A DNA stretch of 64,000 bases from an uncultured Chloroflexia bacterium (GCA_963731865.1 CAVSXG010000003.1:363596-427595), one strand, 5' to 3'; positions 44,451 through 56,313 are shown, counted from the first letter of the stretch. Notes: generated by a model from the letters alone, not told the origin. Program-made: numbers and translations.

Positions 44451-45495
44451 CCGCCTCGCGCCCGACGGCGGCGATCCTCGCGGTCGACGGTGGCAATTCA
44501 AAGACCGACGTCGCTCTCGTGTCCGCCGATGGGCGGCTCCTGGCCGCCCTCCGCGGCCCGACCACGTCCCACCAGCAGGTCGGACTCGAATTCGGCGCCG
44601 ATCGGCTCGCGGCCCTCGTCCGTGAGGCGTGGGCGCTGGCGGGCATGCGCGAGGACGATCCGCGCCCGGCCGTGGGCGTGCTACGCCCTGGCCGGTGCCG
44701 ATGCGCCGGCCGACCACGGCAACATCAGACGGGCATTCGATGGCACGGGACCTCGCGCGCGAGACCCAGGTCGTGAACGACGCATTCGCCCCGATCCGGG
44801 CCGGATCCGATCGCGGCTGGGGGGTCGCCCTCATCTGTGGCTCGGGGATGAACGCGGCCGGCATCGGCCCGGACGGTCGTCGCGCCCGGCTTGCGGCGCT
44901 CGGCGGGATCTCGGGGGACTGGGGTGGTGGCGGTGACGTCGGCCTCGCGGCGCTCGGTGCCGCCGTCCGGGCGCGCGACGGCCGCGGTCAGCGGACAGCG
45001 CTCGAGACCGCGGTGCCGGCCTTCTTCGGGCTGTCGCGCCCGCTCGACGTCACCCGGGCCATCGAGGATGCGGTCATGCCGCAGGCGCGGCTCCGGGAGC
45101 TCGCGCCAACCGTATTCCGGGCGGCCGCGGATGGGGACCCGGTCGCGCGGTCGATCATCGACCGCCTGTCGGACGAGCTCGTGGTGATGGCCGGGGCGAT
45201 CATCCGCCGGCTCTCGCTCACGCGGCGGCAACCCGACGTCGTTCTCGCGGGGGGCATCTTCGCAACGACGGACCAGTCGTTCCATTCCCGGATCCGCGAG
45301 GGCGTGGAGGCCATCGCGCCAGGCGCCACCGTTCGGCGGTCCGAGGCGTTGCCGGTCCTCGGTGCCGCGCTGCTCGGTCTCGACGCGCTCACCGGCATGA
45401 CCGCAGGAGATCATCGAGCCGCCGAGACGCTGCTCAAGGATGAGCTGGGTACTTGGCGACCGGCCGACGACCGTCCGTCGCCGTCTGGTTCGTGA
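44447..45495 (+). CDS. BadF/BadG/BcrA/BcrD-type sugar (N-acetylglucosamine-like) kinase, with two +1 frameshifts
   Basis: AVDGGNSKT, ALAGAD, VVNDA, CGSG.N, GDWGGG and VLAGG spread across three frames. Confidence 0.82.
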
Positions 45496-45712
45496 CAAAT
45501 GCAACTGAGGCGGACCTTCGTCACAACAGTTCACGAGCTATCGGGCTAGCCAGGCGATGCTCACGCTCGGGAGCCGGCGGTGAGCCGCCGGATTTGTGAC
45601 AGATGTCCCGCCCGCGGAACATTCGTCACGCAGCCCGTGGCGAATGCCCGCCTGAAGGGCATCTGGCACGAAATGCGGGCGTCCGGCGCCGTTCAGCGAT
45701 GTCGCCGGGCAC
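45492..45712. repeat. Cluster C of the 33-34 bp palindromic repeats (45492-45524, 45596-45629, 45637-45669; degenerate copies 45532-45564 and 45679-45712)
   Basis: 45492-45524 matches the reverse complement of 15427-15459 at 27/33; 7-bp spacers. Confidence 0.8.
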
Positions 45713-45742
45713 AAACCTGCGGTCTGGCGGCATGCTTCACCG

Positions 45743-47167
45743 ATGCACCCACACCCTCGCGACGATGGCCTGTGGTCGGCCAATCGCCGCGCCCTGACGA
45801 TCGGGCTGGTCCTGACGATCACGCTCGTCGCATTCGAGGCGCTCGCCATCTCGACCGTGATGCCGCAGGTCGCTCGAGAGCTTGGCGGGATCGAGCTGTA
45901 CGGCTGGGTCTTCTCGGCGTTCTTCCTCGGTTCGCTCATTGGCATTGTCGTCGTTGGCGGGGCGATCAACAGCCGCGGCCTCGCGCTGCCGTTCGCGCTG
46001 GGGCTGGGCCTCTTCGGGATCGGCCTGCTGGTCGGAGGGCTGGCGACATCGATGCCGATGCTCGTCGCGGCGCGGTTCGTGCAGGGTCTTGGTGCGGGGA
46101 CGATCCCACCGATCGCCTACGTCGCGATCGGGCGGAGCCTGCCTGAGCCACTCCGCCCGCGGATGTTCGCGACGATGTCGACGGCCTGGATCCTGCCCGG
46201 AGTGCTTGGGCCCGCAGTCGCTGCGACCATCGGCGAGACCTTCAGCTGGCGCTTCGTGTTCCTGGGTCTCCTGCCGCTGATCGCGGTGTCCGGGGCGCTG
46301 ACGCTCGGTGCGCTCCGCGCCGTCGTGGCCGCGCCGGGCCGTGCGGGAGCCGAAGCCACGGCGTCGGCCGCGGATCGGGGCCGCCTGCCGTTGGCGATCC
46401 AGGTGGCCGTGGGTGCTGGTCTCGTCACTGGCGGACTGACGTCGGGCGAGCCGCTGCTCACGATCGTGCTCGTCGCAATCGGGCTGCCAATCGGGATCCA
46501 TGCCCTGCGCCGGCTGACGCCACCAGGGACGCTCCGGGCCCGACCGATCCTGCCCGCGGCGATCCTGCTCCGCGGGTTCCTCACGTTCATGTTCTTCGCG
46601 GTTGACGCGTTCGTGCCGCTCGCCCTGGTCGAGTGGCGCGGCCTCTCGCTGACCGAATCGGGGATTGCCTTGACCGCGGCGACGATCGTGTGGACCGCTG
46701 GGTCGTGGACGCAGGCGCACTGGTCGGGCCGATGGTCCAGTGCCAAATTCGTCACGGCCGGCTTTGCCGTTGCCCTCGTCGGGCTGGCCGGCTTCATGCT
46801 CGTCCTGCGCCAGGACGTGACCTGGCTGATCGCCATTCCGACCTTTGCCCTGACTGGGTTCGGGATGGGCCTGTCCTACTCGCCGACCGCCCTCATCGTC
46901 CTCCGCGAGGCATCACCCGAGCTGCAGGGGGCCGCCTCGAGCGCGCTTTCCCTGACGGACACGTTGGGCACGGCCCTGGGAACGGGCGTGACTGGCGCCA
47001 TCGTCGCCGCGGGGGTTCGCGCCAGCGGCCAGCCGGTGCCGGGTCTGACGATCGCCTTTGCCCTGGCACTTGCCGTCGGTCTGGCGGGCCTGCTCCTCAC
47101 TGGCAGGCTGCGACACCGCGCCCCACGAGAGCTCGTCAGCGAGACGAGCCCCGGCATCGGCCCCTAG
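45743..47167 (+). CDS. MFS transporter (DHA2-like)
   Basis: Multi-TM; RFVQGLG, GP..A and WRFVF. Confidence 0.85.
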   Translation: MHPHPRDDGLWSANRRALTIGLVLTITLVAFEALAISTVMPQVARELGGIELYGWVFSAFFLGSLIGIVVVGGAINSRGLALPFALGLGLFGIGLLVGGLATSMPMLVAARFVQGLGAGTIPPIAYVAIGRSLPEPLRPRMFATMSTAWILPGVLGPAVAATIGETFSWRFVFLGLLPLIAVSGALTLGALRAVVAAPGRAGAEATASAADRGRLPLAIQVAVGAGLVTGGLTSGEPLLTIVLVAIGLPIGIHALRRLTPPGTLRARPILPAAILLRGFLTFMFFAVDAFVPLALVEWRGLSLTESGIALTAATIVWTAGSWTQAHWSGRWSSAKFVTAGFAVALVGLAGFMLVLRQDVTWLIAIPTFALTGFGMGLSYSPTALIVLREASPELQGAASSALSLTDTLGTALGTGVTGAIVAAGVRASGQPVPGLTIAFALALAVGLAGLLLTGRLRHRAPRELVSETSPGIGP

Positions 47168-47253
47168 ACGGTCCGAGCGCCTGCGGTAGACTCTCCGAAC
47201 GCCCACGCCGCCGCTCACCGGCGCCGCGACGCCGACGATGGAGGTCCACAGAC

Positions 47254-47775
47254 GTGTCTGCCGAGGAGCTGCGCGCGAAGATCCGCGAGGTCCCCGACTT
47301 CCCCAAGCCCGGCATTCTGTTCTACGACATCACCACGCTGCTCAAGGATGCCGGCGCATACCGCGAGGCGATCGATCTGATGCTCGCCCCCTATGCCGGC
47401 GAGAAGATCGACATCGTGGTCGGCATGGAGTCCCGCGGGTTCATCTTCAGTGCGCCGATGGCCTATCAGTTGAACGCAGGCCTTGTCCCGGTTCGCAAGC
47501 TGGGCAAGCTCCCGGCGGAGACGATCACCGTGGAATACGCGCTCGAGTACGGGTCCAACACGCTCGAGATCCACCGTGACGCGATCCAGGCCGGCCAGAA
47601 GGTGCTTGTCGTTGACGACCTCCTCGCGACCGGCGGCACGGTTCACGGGACGATCGAGCTGGTCGAGCGGCTCAAGGGCGAAGTCGTCGGGCTGGCGTTC
47701 CTGGTCGAGCTCGACTTCCTCAAGGGCCGCGACCGGCTCGATGGCCGTCGGGTCACGAGCGTGATCCAGTACTGA
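47254..47775 (+). CDS. apt: Adenine phosphoribosyltransferase
   Basis: PDFPKPGI.FYDIT, ESRGF, LEYG and VDDLLATGGT. Confidence 0.95.
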   Translation: MSAEELRAKIREVPDFPKPGILFYDITTLLKDAGAYREAIDLMLAPYAGEKIDIVVGMESRGFIFSAPMAYQLNAGLVPVRKLGKLPAETITVEYALEYGSNTLEIHRDAIQAGQKVLVVDDLLATGGTVHGTIELVERLKGEVVGLAFLVELDFLKGRDRLDGRRVTSVIQY

Positions 47776-47800
47776 CCCGGGACCGATCGAGGCCACGCCG

Positions 47801-49249
47801 TTGACCGAACCAGTCGGCGATCCAGGAAACGGCGCCCCCGGCCCGGCGCTCGGCGACCCGGCGGTGACACCCGCGCCGGCCGTCGACCCGACCACGGCGT
47901 CGGCCGACCTCGGTCGGCGGCGGTTCTTCCGAGCGTTTGCCGGCGAGCTGATCCAGACCGCGGCGACGGTGGCTGGGGCGGCACAGGCGCTGCAACGCGC
48001 ATCCGCCGAGGCGGCCAGCGCAATCCTCGACCCTGACAGCGCGGCCGGCCGGCTCGCGGATGAGGCCGGCTCCGCCGCCGGGATCGATGCCAGCTCCACT
48101 GCCGCTACCGGGCCCGGCGGTTTCCGGACCGCGTTCCGCGAGGACGATGGCGTCCTGTTCCTCGTCGACCAGCGTCGCCTCCCGGACGCCCTCGTCGAGT
48201 ACCCATGCCGGTCCGCTGGGGAGGTCGCATTTGCGATCCGCGAGATGGTCGTCCGCGGTGCACCGGCGATCGGTGCCGTGGCCGCCATCGGGCTCGCCCT
48301 GAGCGCCGCGAAAATGCGGGCGTCCAAGCCCTATGCCCGTCGAGCGACGTTGCGGGGTGGCGCCAATGCCCTGATCAACAGCCGTCCGACGGCGGTCAAC
48401 CTTCGTTGGGCGGTGGACCGGGTGATGGCCCGCTACGACGAGGTCGGCGACCTGTCCGAGGACGGCGACGCCATCGCCGCGGCCATGCGAGCGGAGGCCG
48501 ACGCGATCGTGATGGAGGCGACGATCGATCATGGGCGGCTCGCCACCCACGGGCTGGCCATCCTGCCGATCCCCGAGGATCGGCCGGTTCGCGTCCTCAC
48601 CCACTGCAACACGGGCCCGCTCGCGTGCGGCCAGTTTGGCACCGCGCTCGGTGTCGTCCAGGCGGCACACCATGCGGAACGACCGATCCATGTCTGGGTC
48701 GACGAAACACGACCGTACCTGCAGGGGGCGCGGCTGACGACCTGGGAACTCGCCCAGGCCGGCGTGCCCCACACGCTGATCCCCGACGTGGCCGCCGGTC
48801 ACCTGATGGCCAACGGGGAAGTCGACGTGATCCTTGTCGGCGCGGACCGCGTGGCCGCGAACGGCGACACCGCCAACAAGGTTGGCACGTACACGCTGGC
48901 CGTCCTCGCAGCACGGCACGCGATCCCGTTCTACGTGTGCGTGCCGACGAGCTCCGTCGACCTGGCCACGCCCGATGGGTCCGCGATCGTGATCGAGGAG
49001 CGCAAACCCGAGGAGGTGCTCGAGATCCGGGGGGTCCGCATCGCCCCACCGGGGACCCAGGTCCGGAACCCGGCCTTCGACGTGACACCGGCCGAGCTGA
49101 TCGCCGGGTTCGTCACCGAGGAGGGCGTGATCCGCGCACCGTTCGAGACCGGCCTCCGGGACGCCGTCGAGGGATCACGGACGCGCTGGGCAGCAACCCG
49201 CGGGACGGCGCTGCTCGGCGGAAGCGACAGCCTGATGGGACCCGGCTGA
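47801..49249 (+). CDS. mtnA: Methylthioribose-1-phosphate isomerase with a ~110-aa N-terminal extension
   Basis: [43 protein letters not shown] and NPAFDVTP. Confidence 0.9.
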   Translation: MTEPVGDPGNGAPGPALGDPAVTPAPAVDPTTASADLGRRRFFRAFAGELIQTAATVAGAAQALQRASAEAASAILDPDSAAGRLADEAGSAAGIDASSTAATGPGGFRTAFREDDGVLFLVDQRRLPDALVEYPCRSAGEVAFAIREMVVRGAPAIGAVAAIGLALSAAKMRASKPYARRATLRGGANALINSRPTAVNLRWAVDRVMARYDEVGDLSEDGDAIAAAMRAEADAIVMEATIDHGRLATHGLAILPIPEDRPVRVLTHCNTGPLACGQFGTALGVVQAAHHAERPIHVWVDETRPYLQGARLTTWELAQAGVPHTLIPDVAAGHLMANGEVDVILVGADRVAANGDTANKVGTYTLAVLAARHAIPFYVCVPTSSVDLATPDGSAIVIEERKPEEVLEIRGVRIAPPGTQVRNPAFDVTPAELIAGFVTEEGVIRAPFETGLRDAVEGSRTRWAATRGTALLGGSDSLMGPG

Positions 49250-50115
49250 TGGCCACCGTTGCGCTCGGACGCCGCGAAGGCATCGTCGCCCAGGTGACGA
49301 CCGATCGAGCGTTGCTTCGCTCGTTCCTGGAGGGGGACCGGCTCTACGCGGCGTATGCCATCTGCGACCTCGAGGAACGGGAGTTTGCCCGAACCCGCTG
49401 GGGCCTGGCCTGGGATGGGGACGAACCGATCGCGTTGGTCCTCGAGTACAACGGTCCGACGCCACAGCCGCTCTTCCTGATGGGCCGCCGGGATGGGATC
49501 GAAGCCGTGCTGCGGGACCTGATCCGGCCGAGGCTGGCATACGTTGCGGTCCCGCCGGCCATCGTGCCCGCCATCCAGACCGCGTACCGGGTCGACCCCG
49601 GCCCGACGATGGTCCGGATGTGGGTCGACAAGGCGCGGTTCCGCCCATATCCGGCCACGGTGCAGCGGCTCCTGCCGGTCGAGATCGGCGACCTCAATCG
49701 GCTGTACCAGCTCGGGTTCGCCTCGTGGTTGCCGCCATCCATCGTCGCCGACGGGGTGTACTACGGCATGCGCGTCAACGGATTGCTCGTGGCCGCCGCG
49801 GGGACCCACGTGATCAGCCCTGGGGCCCGCCTGGCGGTCGTCGGCAACGTGTTGACCCACGTGGACTTTCGGGGTCGTGGTTTCGCCACCGCGGTGACCG
49901 GCGCCGTGACGGCCGAGCTGCTGCGGACGTGCGACCAGGTCGTGCTGAACGTCCGTGCCGACAACCCCCCGGCACTCAACGCCTATCGTCGCCTGGGCTA
50001 CACCGAGCACCTGCGCTTCGAGGAGCGCCTCATCCACCGGCTCGGCTCGCCGTGGCCGGCCCTCACCGCGCCGCTCCGGCGCTTCTTCACTCGCAGGGAG
50101 ACCGATCCTCGATGA
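49249..50115 (+). CDS. GNAT (FR47-like) acetyltransferase
   Basis: GNVLT, FRGRGFA and N.PA..Y.RLGY; coupled to both mtnA and ahcY. Confidence 0.82.
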   Translation: MATVALGRREGIVAQVTTDRALLRSFLEGDRLYAAYAICDLEEREFARTRWGLAWDGDEPIALVLEYNGPTPQPLFLMGRRDGIEAVLRDLIRPRLAYVAVPPAIVPAIQTAYRVDPGPTMVRMWVDKARFRPYPATVQRLLPVEIGDLNRLYQLGFASWLPPSIVADGVYYGMRVNGLLVAAAGTHVISPGARLAVVGNVLTHVDFRGRGFATAVTGAVTAELLRTCDQVVLNVRADNPPALNAYRRLGYTEHLRFEERLIHRLGSPWPALTAPLRRFFTRRETDPR

Positions 50116-51386
50116 CAACAATCATGGACACCCCCCACGACGTCACGGACCTCGGCCTCGCCGCCGAAGGCGTCCGGCGGATCGAGTGGGCGGAACGCGA
50201 GATGCCCGTCCTGCGGCTGATCCGCGAACGGTTCGAGCGTGAGCGACCGCTTGACGGGCTGCGGATCGGGGCGTGCCTGCATGTCACGACCGAGACCGCA
50301 AACCTGATGCGCACGCTCAAGGCCGGCGGGGCGGACGTGGTGCTCGCGGCGAGCAACCCGCTTTCGACAAAGGACGACGTCGCGGCCGCCCTGGTCGCCG
50401 AGTACGGGATTGCCGTCCACGCACGGCGCGGCGAGGACCGCGACACCTACTACGCGCACCTGAACGCGGTGGCGGACACCATTCCGCAGCTGACCATGGA
50501 CGACGGCTGCGACCTCGTGTCGCTGCTGCACAGTGACCGGCCGAACCAGGTCAAGGACGTCCTCGCGGGGACGGAAGAGACCACGACCGGGGTGATCCGG
50601 CTGCGGGCCATGGCGGCGGATGGCGCCCTCGGGTTCCCGGTCATCGCGGTCAACGAGGCGCAGACCAAGCACCTCTTCGACAACCGCTACGGAACGGGCC
50701 AGAGCACGCTCGACGGGATCCTCCGCGCCACCAACATCCTGATCGCCGGACGCAAGGTGGTGGTCGCCGGATACGGCTGGGTCGGCAAGGGGATTGCCTC
50801 CCGCATGGACGGCCACGGGGCGCACGTCGCGGTCGTGGAAGTCGACCCCGTCCGCGCGCTCGAAGCCCTCATGGACGGCTACGCCGTCATGACCCATCGC
50901 GATGCGGCCGCGTGGGGCGAGCTGTTCATCACCGCGACGGGCAACGTCAACGTCTTCCGGCGCGAACACTTCGAGCAGATGCAGGACGGCGCGATCATGG
51001 CCAACTCCGGCCATTTCGACGCCGAGCTCGACCTGGCGGCGCTGCGCGCCCTCGCCGAGGGCCACGTCCGCGATGTCCGCGAGAACGTCCAGGAGTTCGA
51101 CATCGGCGGCAAGCGCATCAACCTCATCGCCGAGGGACGGCTGGTCAACCTGGGCGCCGCGGAAGGTCATCCGGCAGCCGTCATGGATATGAGCTTCGCC
51201 AACCAGGCACTCTCCGCCGAATACGTCGCCAGACACCACGCCGAGCTTGCGCCACAGGTCTACGTGGTGCCCGAGGCAATCGACGCGGAGGTCGCGCGGC
51301 TCAAGCTCGCGGCCCTCGGGATCACGCTCGAACCGATGACCGCGGAACAGACCGCCTACGTCGCTTCGTGGCGCCACGGGACGTGA
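50112..51386 (+). CDS. ahcY: Adenosylhomocysteinase
   Basis: [43 protein letters not shown] and GHP..VMDMSF. Confidence 0.96.
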   Translation: MTTIMDTPHDVTDLGLAAEGVRRIEWAEREMPVLRLIRERFERERPLDGLRIGACLHVTTETANLMRTLKAGGADVVLAASNPLSTKDDVAAALVAEYGIAVHARRGEDRDTYYAHLNAVADTIPQLTMDDGCDLVSLLHSDRPNQVKDVLAGTEETTTGVIRLRAMAADGALGFPVIAVNEAQTKHLFDNRYGTGQSTLDGILRATNILIAGRKVVVAGYGWVGKGIASRMDGHGAHVAVVEVDPVRALEALMDGYAVMTHRDAAAWGELFITATGNVNVFRREHFEQMQDGAIMANSGHFDAELDLAALRALAEGHVRDVRENVQEFDIGGKRINLIAEGRLVNLGAAEGHPAAVMDMSFANQALSAEYVARHHAELAPQVYVVPEAIDAEVARLKLAALGITLEPMTAEQTAYVASWRHGT

Positions 51387-53433
51387 TCGAGCGACCCGAA
51401 TGGCCGCTGGGGCCAGACCAGCCTGACGTCCCCGAGCCGCGCGCGCCGACCGTCGCGCCGTTTGGATCCTGGGTCTCGCCGATCCGGATCGACGATATCG
51501 TCGGCGATGCCATCGGTCTCGCCGAGGTCTGGATCGATGGCGACGACATCTACTGGCTCGAAGGGCGCCCGTCCGAGGGCGGCCGTCGCGTGCTGGTCCG
51601 ATCGGCCGTGGACGGGACCATCTCCGATGTGACCCCGCCGCCCTTCAATGTCCGCACCAGGGTCCACGAGTACGGCGGCGGCTCCTATGTCGTGGCCGGC
51701 GGGGTCGTGGTGTTCTCGAACTTCGCCGACGGACGGCTCTACCGGATCGATCCGGGTGCGGATACGCCCGTGGCAATCACGCCCGAAGGTCAGTGGCGAT
51801 ATGCCGACCTGCGGCCCGATCCCACGCGCCGGCGGTTCCTGGCCATCGGGGAGGACCACGGCAACAACGGGCAGCCGGTGGCCGCGATCGTTGCGGTCCC
51901 GATCGACGGCCTGGAGCCGCCGACGGTGCTGCTGCTCGGCCCCGACTTCCTGGCCGCGCCCCGGATCGCCCCTGGCGGCGGTCGTGTCGCCTGGTTGGAG
52001 TGGGACCACCCGGACATGCCCTGGGACGCCAGTCGCCTCCGGATGGCCGCGATCCACCCGGATGGCACGCTGGGCGAGCCGGTCCTGGTCGCGGGCGGCC
52101 CCGAAGAGTCGATCGCCCAGCCTGAGTGGTCCTCCGACGGCGTCATCCATTTCGTCTCGGATCGATCGGGCTGGTGGAACCTGTACCGGTTGCTCGACGG
52201 CCCGACCCTCGACGCACTCGCTCCGGTACCCGCGGAGTTCGCCGATCCGGCCTGGGTCTTCGGGCGGTCGTCGTACGCGTTCGCCTCGGAAGGATCGATC
52301 GCCGCCGTTGCCCGGCACGACGGTCGCGATCACCTTGTCCACGTCCGACCGGGCGACCTCGTCGGCGAGGTCGAGTCGACGTACACGGAGTTCGAGGGCC
52401 TCGTCGCTGGTCCACCCGGGATCGTGACCATCGCTGGCTCGCCGGGCGAACCAACGGTCGTGGCGCGGCTCGATCCGGACACGCTCGCCGTGGCCGGGGT
52501 CCTCCGTCGGGCAAGTGGCGTCGTGGTGGACCCGGCACTCGTCTCGATCCCCGAACCGATCCGCTTCCCGACCAGCGGTGGGCGAACCGCACACGCCCTG
52601 TTCCATGCGCCGCGCAACCCACGATTTGTCGCTCCGGCCGGTGAGCGCCCGCCCCTCGTGGTCGTCACCCACGGCGGCCCGACGTCCAACGCGTCGACCG
52701 CCCTCGACCTGGCCAAGGAGCTGCTGACCAGCCGCGGGATCGCCGTCGTGGACGTCGACTACGGCGGCAGCACGGGCTACGGTCGGGCGTATCGCCAGCA
52801 GCTCAACGGCGCCTGGGGCGTCGTCGATGTCGACGATTGCGTCGCGGCCGCCGAGTTCCTCGCCGATCGTGGTGACGTCGACCGCGAGCGGATGGCGATC
52901 GCCGGCGGGAGTGCCGGCGGGTACACGACACTGGTGGCGCTCACAGCTCGGGACGTGTTTGCCGCCGGGATCAGCCTGTTCGGGGTCGGCGATCTGGAGA
53001 CCATGGCCCGCGACACGCACAAATTCGAGTCGCGCTACCTGGACCGGTTGGTCGGGCCGTACCCCGAGGCCGCCCAGACCTACCGCGAGCGGTCGCCCGT
53101 TCACTACCTCGACCAGATCTCGTGCCCGGTGCTCGTGATGCAGGGGCTCGATGACAGGGTCGTCCCGCCGTCCCAGGCGGAGACGATCGTGGCGGCCCTG
53201 GCGGCCAAGGGAATCCCGTATGCCTACCTCCCGTTCGAAGGGGAGGGCCACGGGTTCCGTGGCGCGGCGGCAATCCGGCGCTCGCTCGAGGCGGAGCTGT
53301 CGTTCCTCGGCCAGGTCTTCGGCTTCGAGCCTGCGGACACGCTCGATCCGGTCGAGCTGATCGGCCGGACGCAATGGCGCTCGGGCGATCCCGGGCCAGG
53401 TGCCGCGGTGCCGGCGGCGCACGCGCGCGTTGA
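51383..53433 (+). CDS. S9-family (prolyl oligopeptidase/acylaminoacyl) peptidase; end approximate because the stop is lost to an indel
   Basis: APFGSW.SP, HEYGG, HGGP, GGSAGG nucleophile, D.VVP and EGHGF. Confidence 0.88.
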
Positions 53434-54998
53434 TCGAGCTCAGCCCGATCGAGCTGGTCCTCGGCCTGCTCGTCGTCGCAATCGCGCTGGCCTATGCGGC
53501 GCGCCGGCTCGGGATCGCCTATCCGATCCTGCTCGTGCTTGGCGGGTTGGCGCTCGGGTTCCTGCCCGGTCTGCCGGCGATCGAGCTCGAGCCCGACGTG
53601 GTTTTCCTGCTGCTCCTGCCACCGATCCTGTTCGCGGCCGGGTTCAGCACGCCGATCCGCGACTTCAAGGCCAACGCCCGACCGATCGCCCTGCTTGCGA
53701 TCGGTCTCGTACTGTTCACAACGGCGGCGGTCGGGATCGTCGCGAACGCGCTGGTCCCCGAGCTCGGCATCGCCGCGGCCCTCGCGCTTGGCGCCATCGT
53801 TGCACCACCCGATGCCGTGGCCGCGACCTCGATCTTCCAGCGGCTCCACGTTCCTCGTCGGATCGTCACGATCCTCGAGGGCGAGAGCCTGATCAACGAC
53901 GCATCGGCGTTGATCGCCTACCGCTTTGCGGTCGCAGCCGCACTCGGTGGTCTGTTCTCACCGGTCGAGGCGGGCCTGTCGTTCCTCTTCGCGGCCACAG
54001 TCGGCGTCCTGATCGGCCTCATCGTTGGCGTGATCGTAACGGAGTCCTGGCGGCGAACATCCGATCCGACGCTCGAGATCATGGTCTCGCTCGTCGGGCC
54101 ATTCGCGGCGTACCTGCCGGCGGAGACGCTCGGGGCCAGTGGCGTGCTGGCCACCGTGGTTGCCGGTCTGGTCGCGGGACGGCGCGCCGCCCGGGTCCTG
54201 TCGCCATCGGCCCGCTTGATGGGTCGTGGCGTGTGGGACATCGTGATCTTCCTGATCAACGGCTTCGCGTTCATCCTGATCGGGCTGCAACTGCCTGGGA
54301 TCCTGGACCATCTGGCGCCACGGTCGTCGCTCGAGCTAATAGCGCTTGGCGTCGCCATCAGCCTGACCGCGATTTTGGCCCGGATCGTCTGGGTCTTCCC
54401 GGCGACGTACCTGCCGCGCCGGTTCAGCGAGCGGATCCGCGCCCGGGACCCGTATCCACCCCCAAACGCCGTGTTCGTGGTGAGCTGGGCGGGCATGCGG
54501 GGGGCGGTCTCGCTCGCCGCGGCGCTCGCGTTGCCACTGGACGTCCCTGAGCGCGAGCTGATCATCTTCCTCACGTTCTGTGTGATTGCCGCGACGCTCG
54601 TCGGACAGGGACTCAGCCTGCCCTGGCTCATTCGCCGGCTGGGCGTCGTTGCCGGCCCGGCGGTCGAGACGGAGGAGACGACCGCTCGCCTGGCCACGGT
54701 CGATGCGGCGATGACCCGGCTCGGCGGGCTCGCCGAAGAGTTCCCGGGTCACCTCGAGCTCGTCGACCAGCTGCGCGCTCGATACAGTCACGAAATCGGG
54801 CACGTCCCGAACGCCGTCGAAGGGCCGCGGGACGAGAGCGAGGAGGAGCTGCTCGAGCATCTCGAGATCCGCAATGCTGTCCTGGCTGCGCAGCGCGACG
54901 CAGTGATCCAGCTTCGCGACGGCGGCGTGATCAGCGACGAGGTCCTCCGACGGATCGAACGCGACCTGGATCTCGAAGCCCTTCGCTCGGGCGCGTGA
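53430..54998 (+). CDS. CPA1 (NhaP-type) Na+/H+ antiporter
   Basis: [30 protein letters not shown] and LVGQG. Confidence 0.9.
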   Translation: MIELSPIELVLGLLVVAIALAYAARRLGIAYPILLVLGGLALGFLPGLPAIELEPDVVFLLLLPPILFAAGFSTPIRDFKANARPIALLAIGLVLFTTAAVGIVANALVPELGIAAALALGAIVAPPDAVAATSIFQRLHVPRRIVTILEGESLINDASALIAYRFAVAAALGGLFSPVEAGLSFLFAATVGVLIGLIVGVIVTESWRRTSDPTLEIMVSLVGPFAAYLPAETLGASGVLATVVAGLVAGRRAARVLSPSARLMGRGVWDIVIFLINGFAFILIGLQLPGILDHLAPRSSLELIALGVAISLTAILARIVWVFPATYLPRRFSERIRARDPYPPPNAVFVVSWAGMRGAVSLAAALALPLDVPERELIIFLTFCVIAATLVGQGLSLPWLIRRLGVVAGPAVETEETTARLATVDAAMTRLGGLAEEFPGHLELVDQLRARYSHEIGHVPNAVEGPRDESEEELLEHLEIRNAVLAAQRDAVIQLRDGGVISDEVLRRIERDLDLEALRSGA

Positions 54999-55068
54999 GC
55001 TCCTGCCGCGTAGCTGGTACCTGCGTCCCATCCCGGATCCTCCGGTACCCATGCTAGGCTTCGCGGCC

Positions 55069-56295
55069 ATGAGCATCGTCGACGCCGCCCACTACCTGTT
55101 CACCTCGGAATCCGTGACCGAGGGGCACCCGGACAAGCTCTGTGACCAGGTCTCCGACGCGGTCCTCGACGCGTTCCTGCGCCAGGATCCGTATGCCAGG
55201 GTGGCGTGCGAGGCGGCGACGACGACCGGTCTCGTCCTGGTCCTGGGCGAGGTGTCCACGAGGGCCGAATACGTCGACGTTGCCGCGATCGTACGCGAGA
55301 CGGTCAAAGAGATCGGGTACACCAAGGCCGAGTACGGCTTCGACTACCTGACGTGCGGCACGCTCGTGTCGATCAAGGAGCAGTCAGCCGATATTGCCCA
55401 GGGCGTCGATGCCGCCCTCGAGGTTCGCGACGACGCGGCACCTGCCTACGAGCTCGGCGCCGGCGACCAGGGGATGATGTTCGGGTTCGCCTGCCGCGAG
55501 ACCCCCGAGCTGATGCCGCTCCCGATCGCCCTCGCCCACCGAATGGCGCGGAGGCTCGCGGAGGTCCGCAAATCCGGCCAGCTGCCCTACCTGCGACCCG
55601 ACGGCAAGACCCAGGTCACGGTCGAGTACGAGCACGGCGTCCCGGCCCGGGTCAAGACCGTGGTGGTCTCCGGCCAGCACGACCCCGACGTCCTACCGGA
55701 GCGGCTTCGCTCGGACATCGTCGAGGCGGTCATCCTGCCGAGCATCCCCCATGATCTACGAGACGCCGACCCGATCATGCATGTCAACCCGACCGGTCGC
55801 TTCGTGACCGGTGGTCCGATGGGTGATGCCGGGCTGACTGGTCGCAAGATCATCGTCGACAGCTACGGCGGCATGGCCCGCCACGGTGGTGGCGCGTTCA
55901 GCGGCAAGGACCCGACGAAGGTCGATCGTTCGGCCGCCTATGCCGCGCGCTGGGTCGCAAAGAATGTGGTGGCCGCAGGGCTCGCCGACCGGTTCGAGGT
56001 CGAAGTGGCCTACGGCATCGGGATCGCGCGCCCGATCAGCTTCTCGGTCGACTCGTTTGGCACCGGGCGGATCGATGACGCCGCCATCCAGACGCTCATC
56101 GAGCGCCACTTCGATCTGCGCCCGGCTTCGATCATCGCGGCGTTGGACCTGCGCCGCCCGATCTACCGCCAGACCGCGTCGTACGGCCACTTCGGCCGGC
56201 CCGATCTCGACCTGCCGTGGGAGCGAACCGACAAGGCGGAACTCCTCGCGGCCGATGCTGGCTTGCCGCAGCCGGAGCCCAGCCCCGTCGCCTGA
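55069..56295 (+). CDS. metK: S-adenosylmethionine synthetase
   Basis: [36 protein letters not shown] and GGGAFSGKD. Confidence 0.97.
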   Translation: MSIVDAAHYLFTSESVTEGHPDKLCDQVSDAVLDAFLRQDPYARVACEAATTTGLVLVLGEVSTRAEYVDVAAIVRETVKEIGYTKAEYGFDYLTCGTLVSIKEQSADIAQGVDAALEVRDDAAPAYELGAGDQGMMFGFACRETPELMPLPIALAHRMARRLAEVRKSGQLPYLRPDGKTQVTVEYEHGVPARVKTVVVSGQHDPDVLPERLRSDIVEAVILPSIPHDLRDADPIMHVNPTGRFVTGGPMGDAGLTGRKIIVDSYGGMARHGGGAFSGKDPTKVDRSAAYAARWVAKNVVAAGLADRFEVEVAYGIGIARPISFSVDSFGTGRIDDAAIQTLIERHFDLRPASIIAALDLRRPIYRQTASYGHFGRPDLDLPWERTDKAELLAADAGLPQPEPSPVA

Positions 56296-56313
56296 CCGGC
56301 CGAAGCGCCCGAC

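Noticed and set aside
45492-45712. CRISPR or TIGR-like guide array interpretation of the palindromic repeats
   Set aside because: Units are divergent and mixed in orientation, and are separated by only 7 bp or by irregular gaps. No cas or Nop-domain gene is recognisable in the window.
50912-54550. 1212-aa peptidase ORF
   Set aside because: Only 51383 to about 53400 is S9 peptidase; the flanks are out-of-frame read-through over ahcY and the antiporter.
54999-55068. SAM or SAH riboswitch upstream of metK or of the apt-ahcY operon
   Set aside because: No recognisable consensus, and metK has a -10 box only 8 nt before its ATG.
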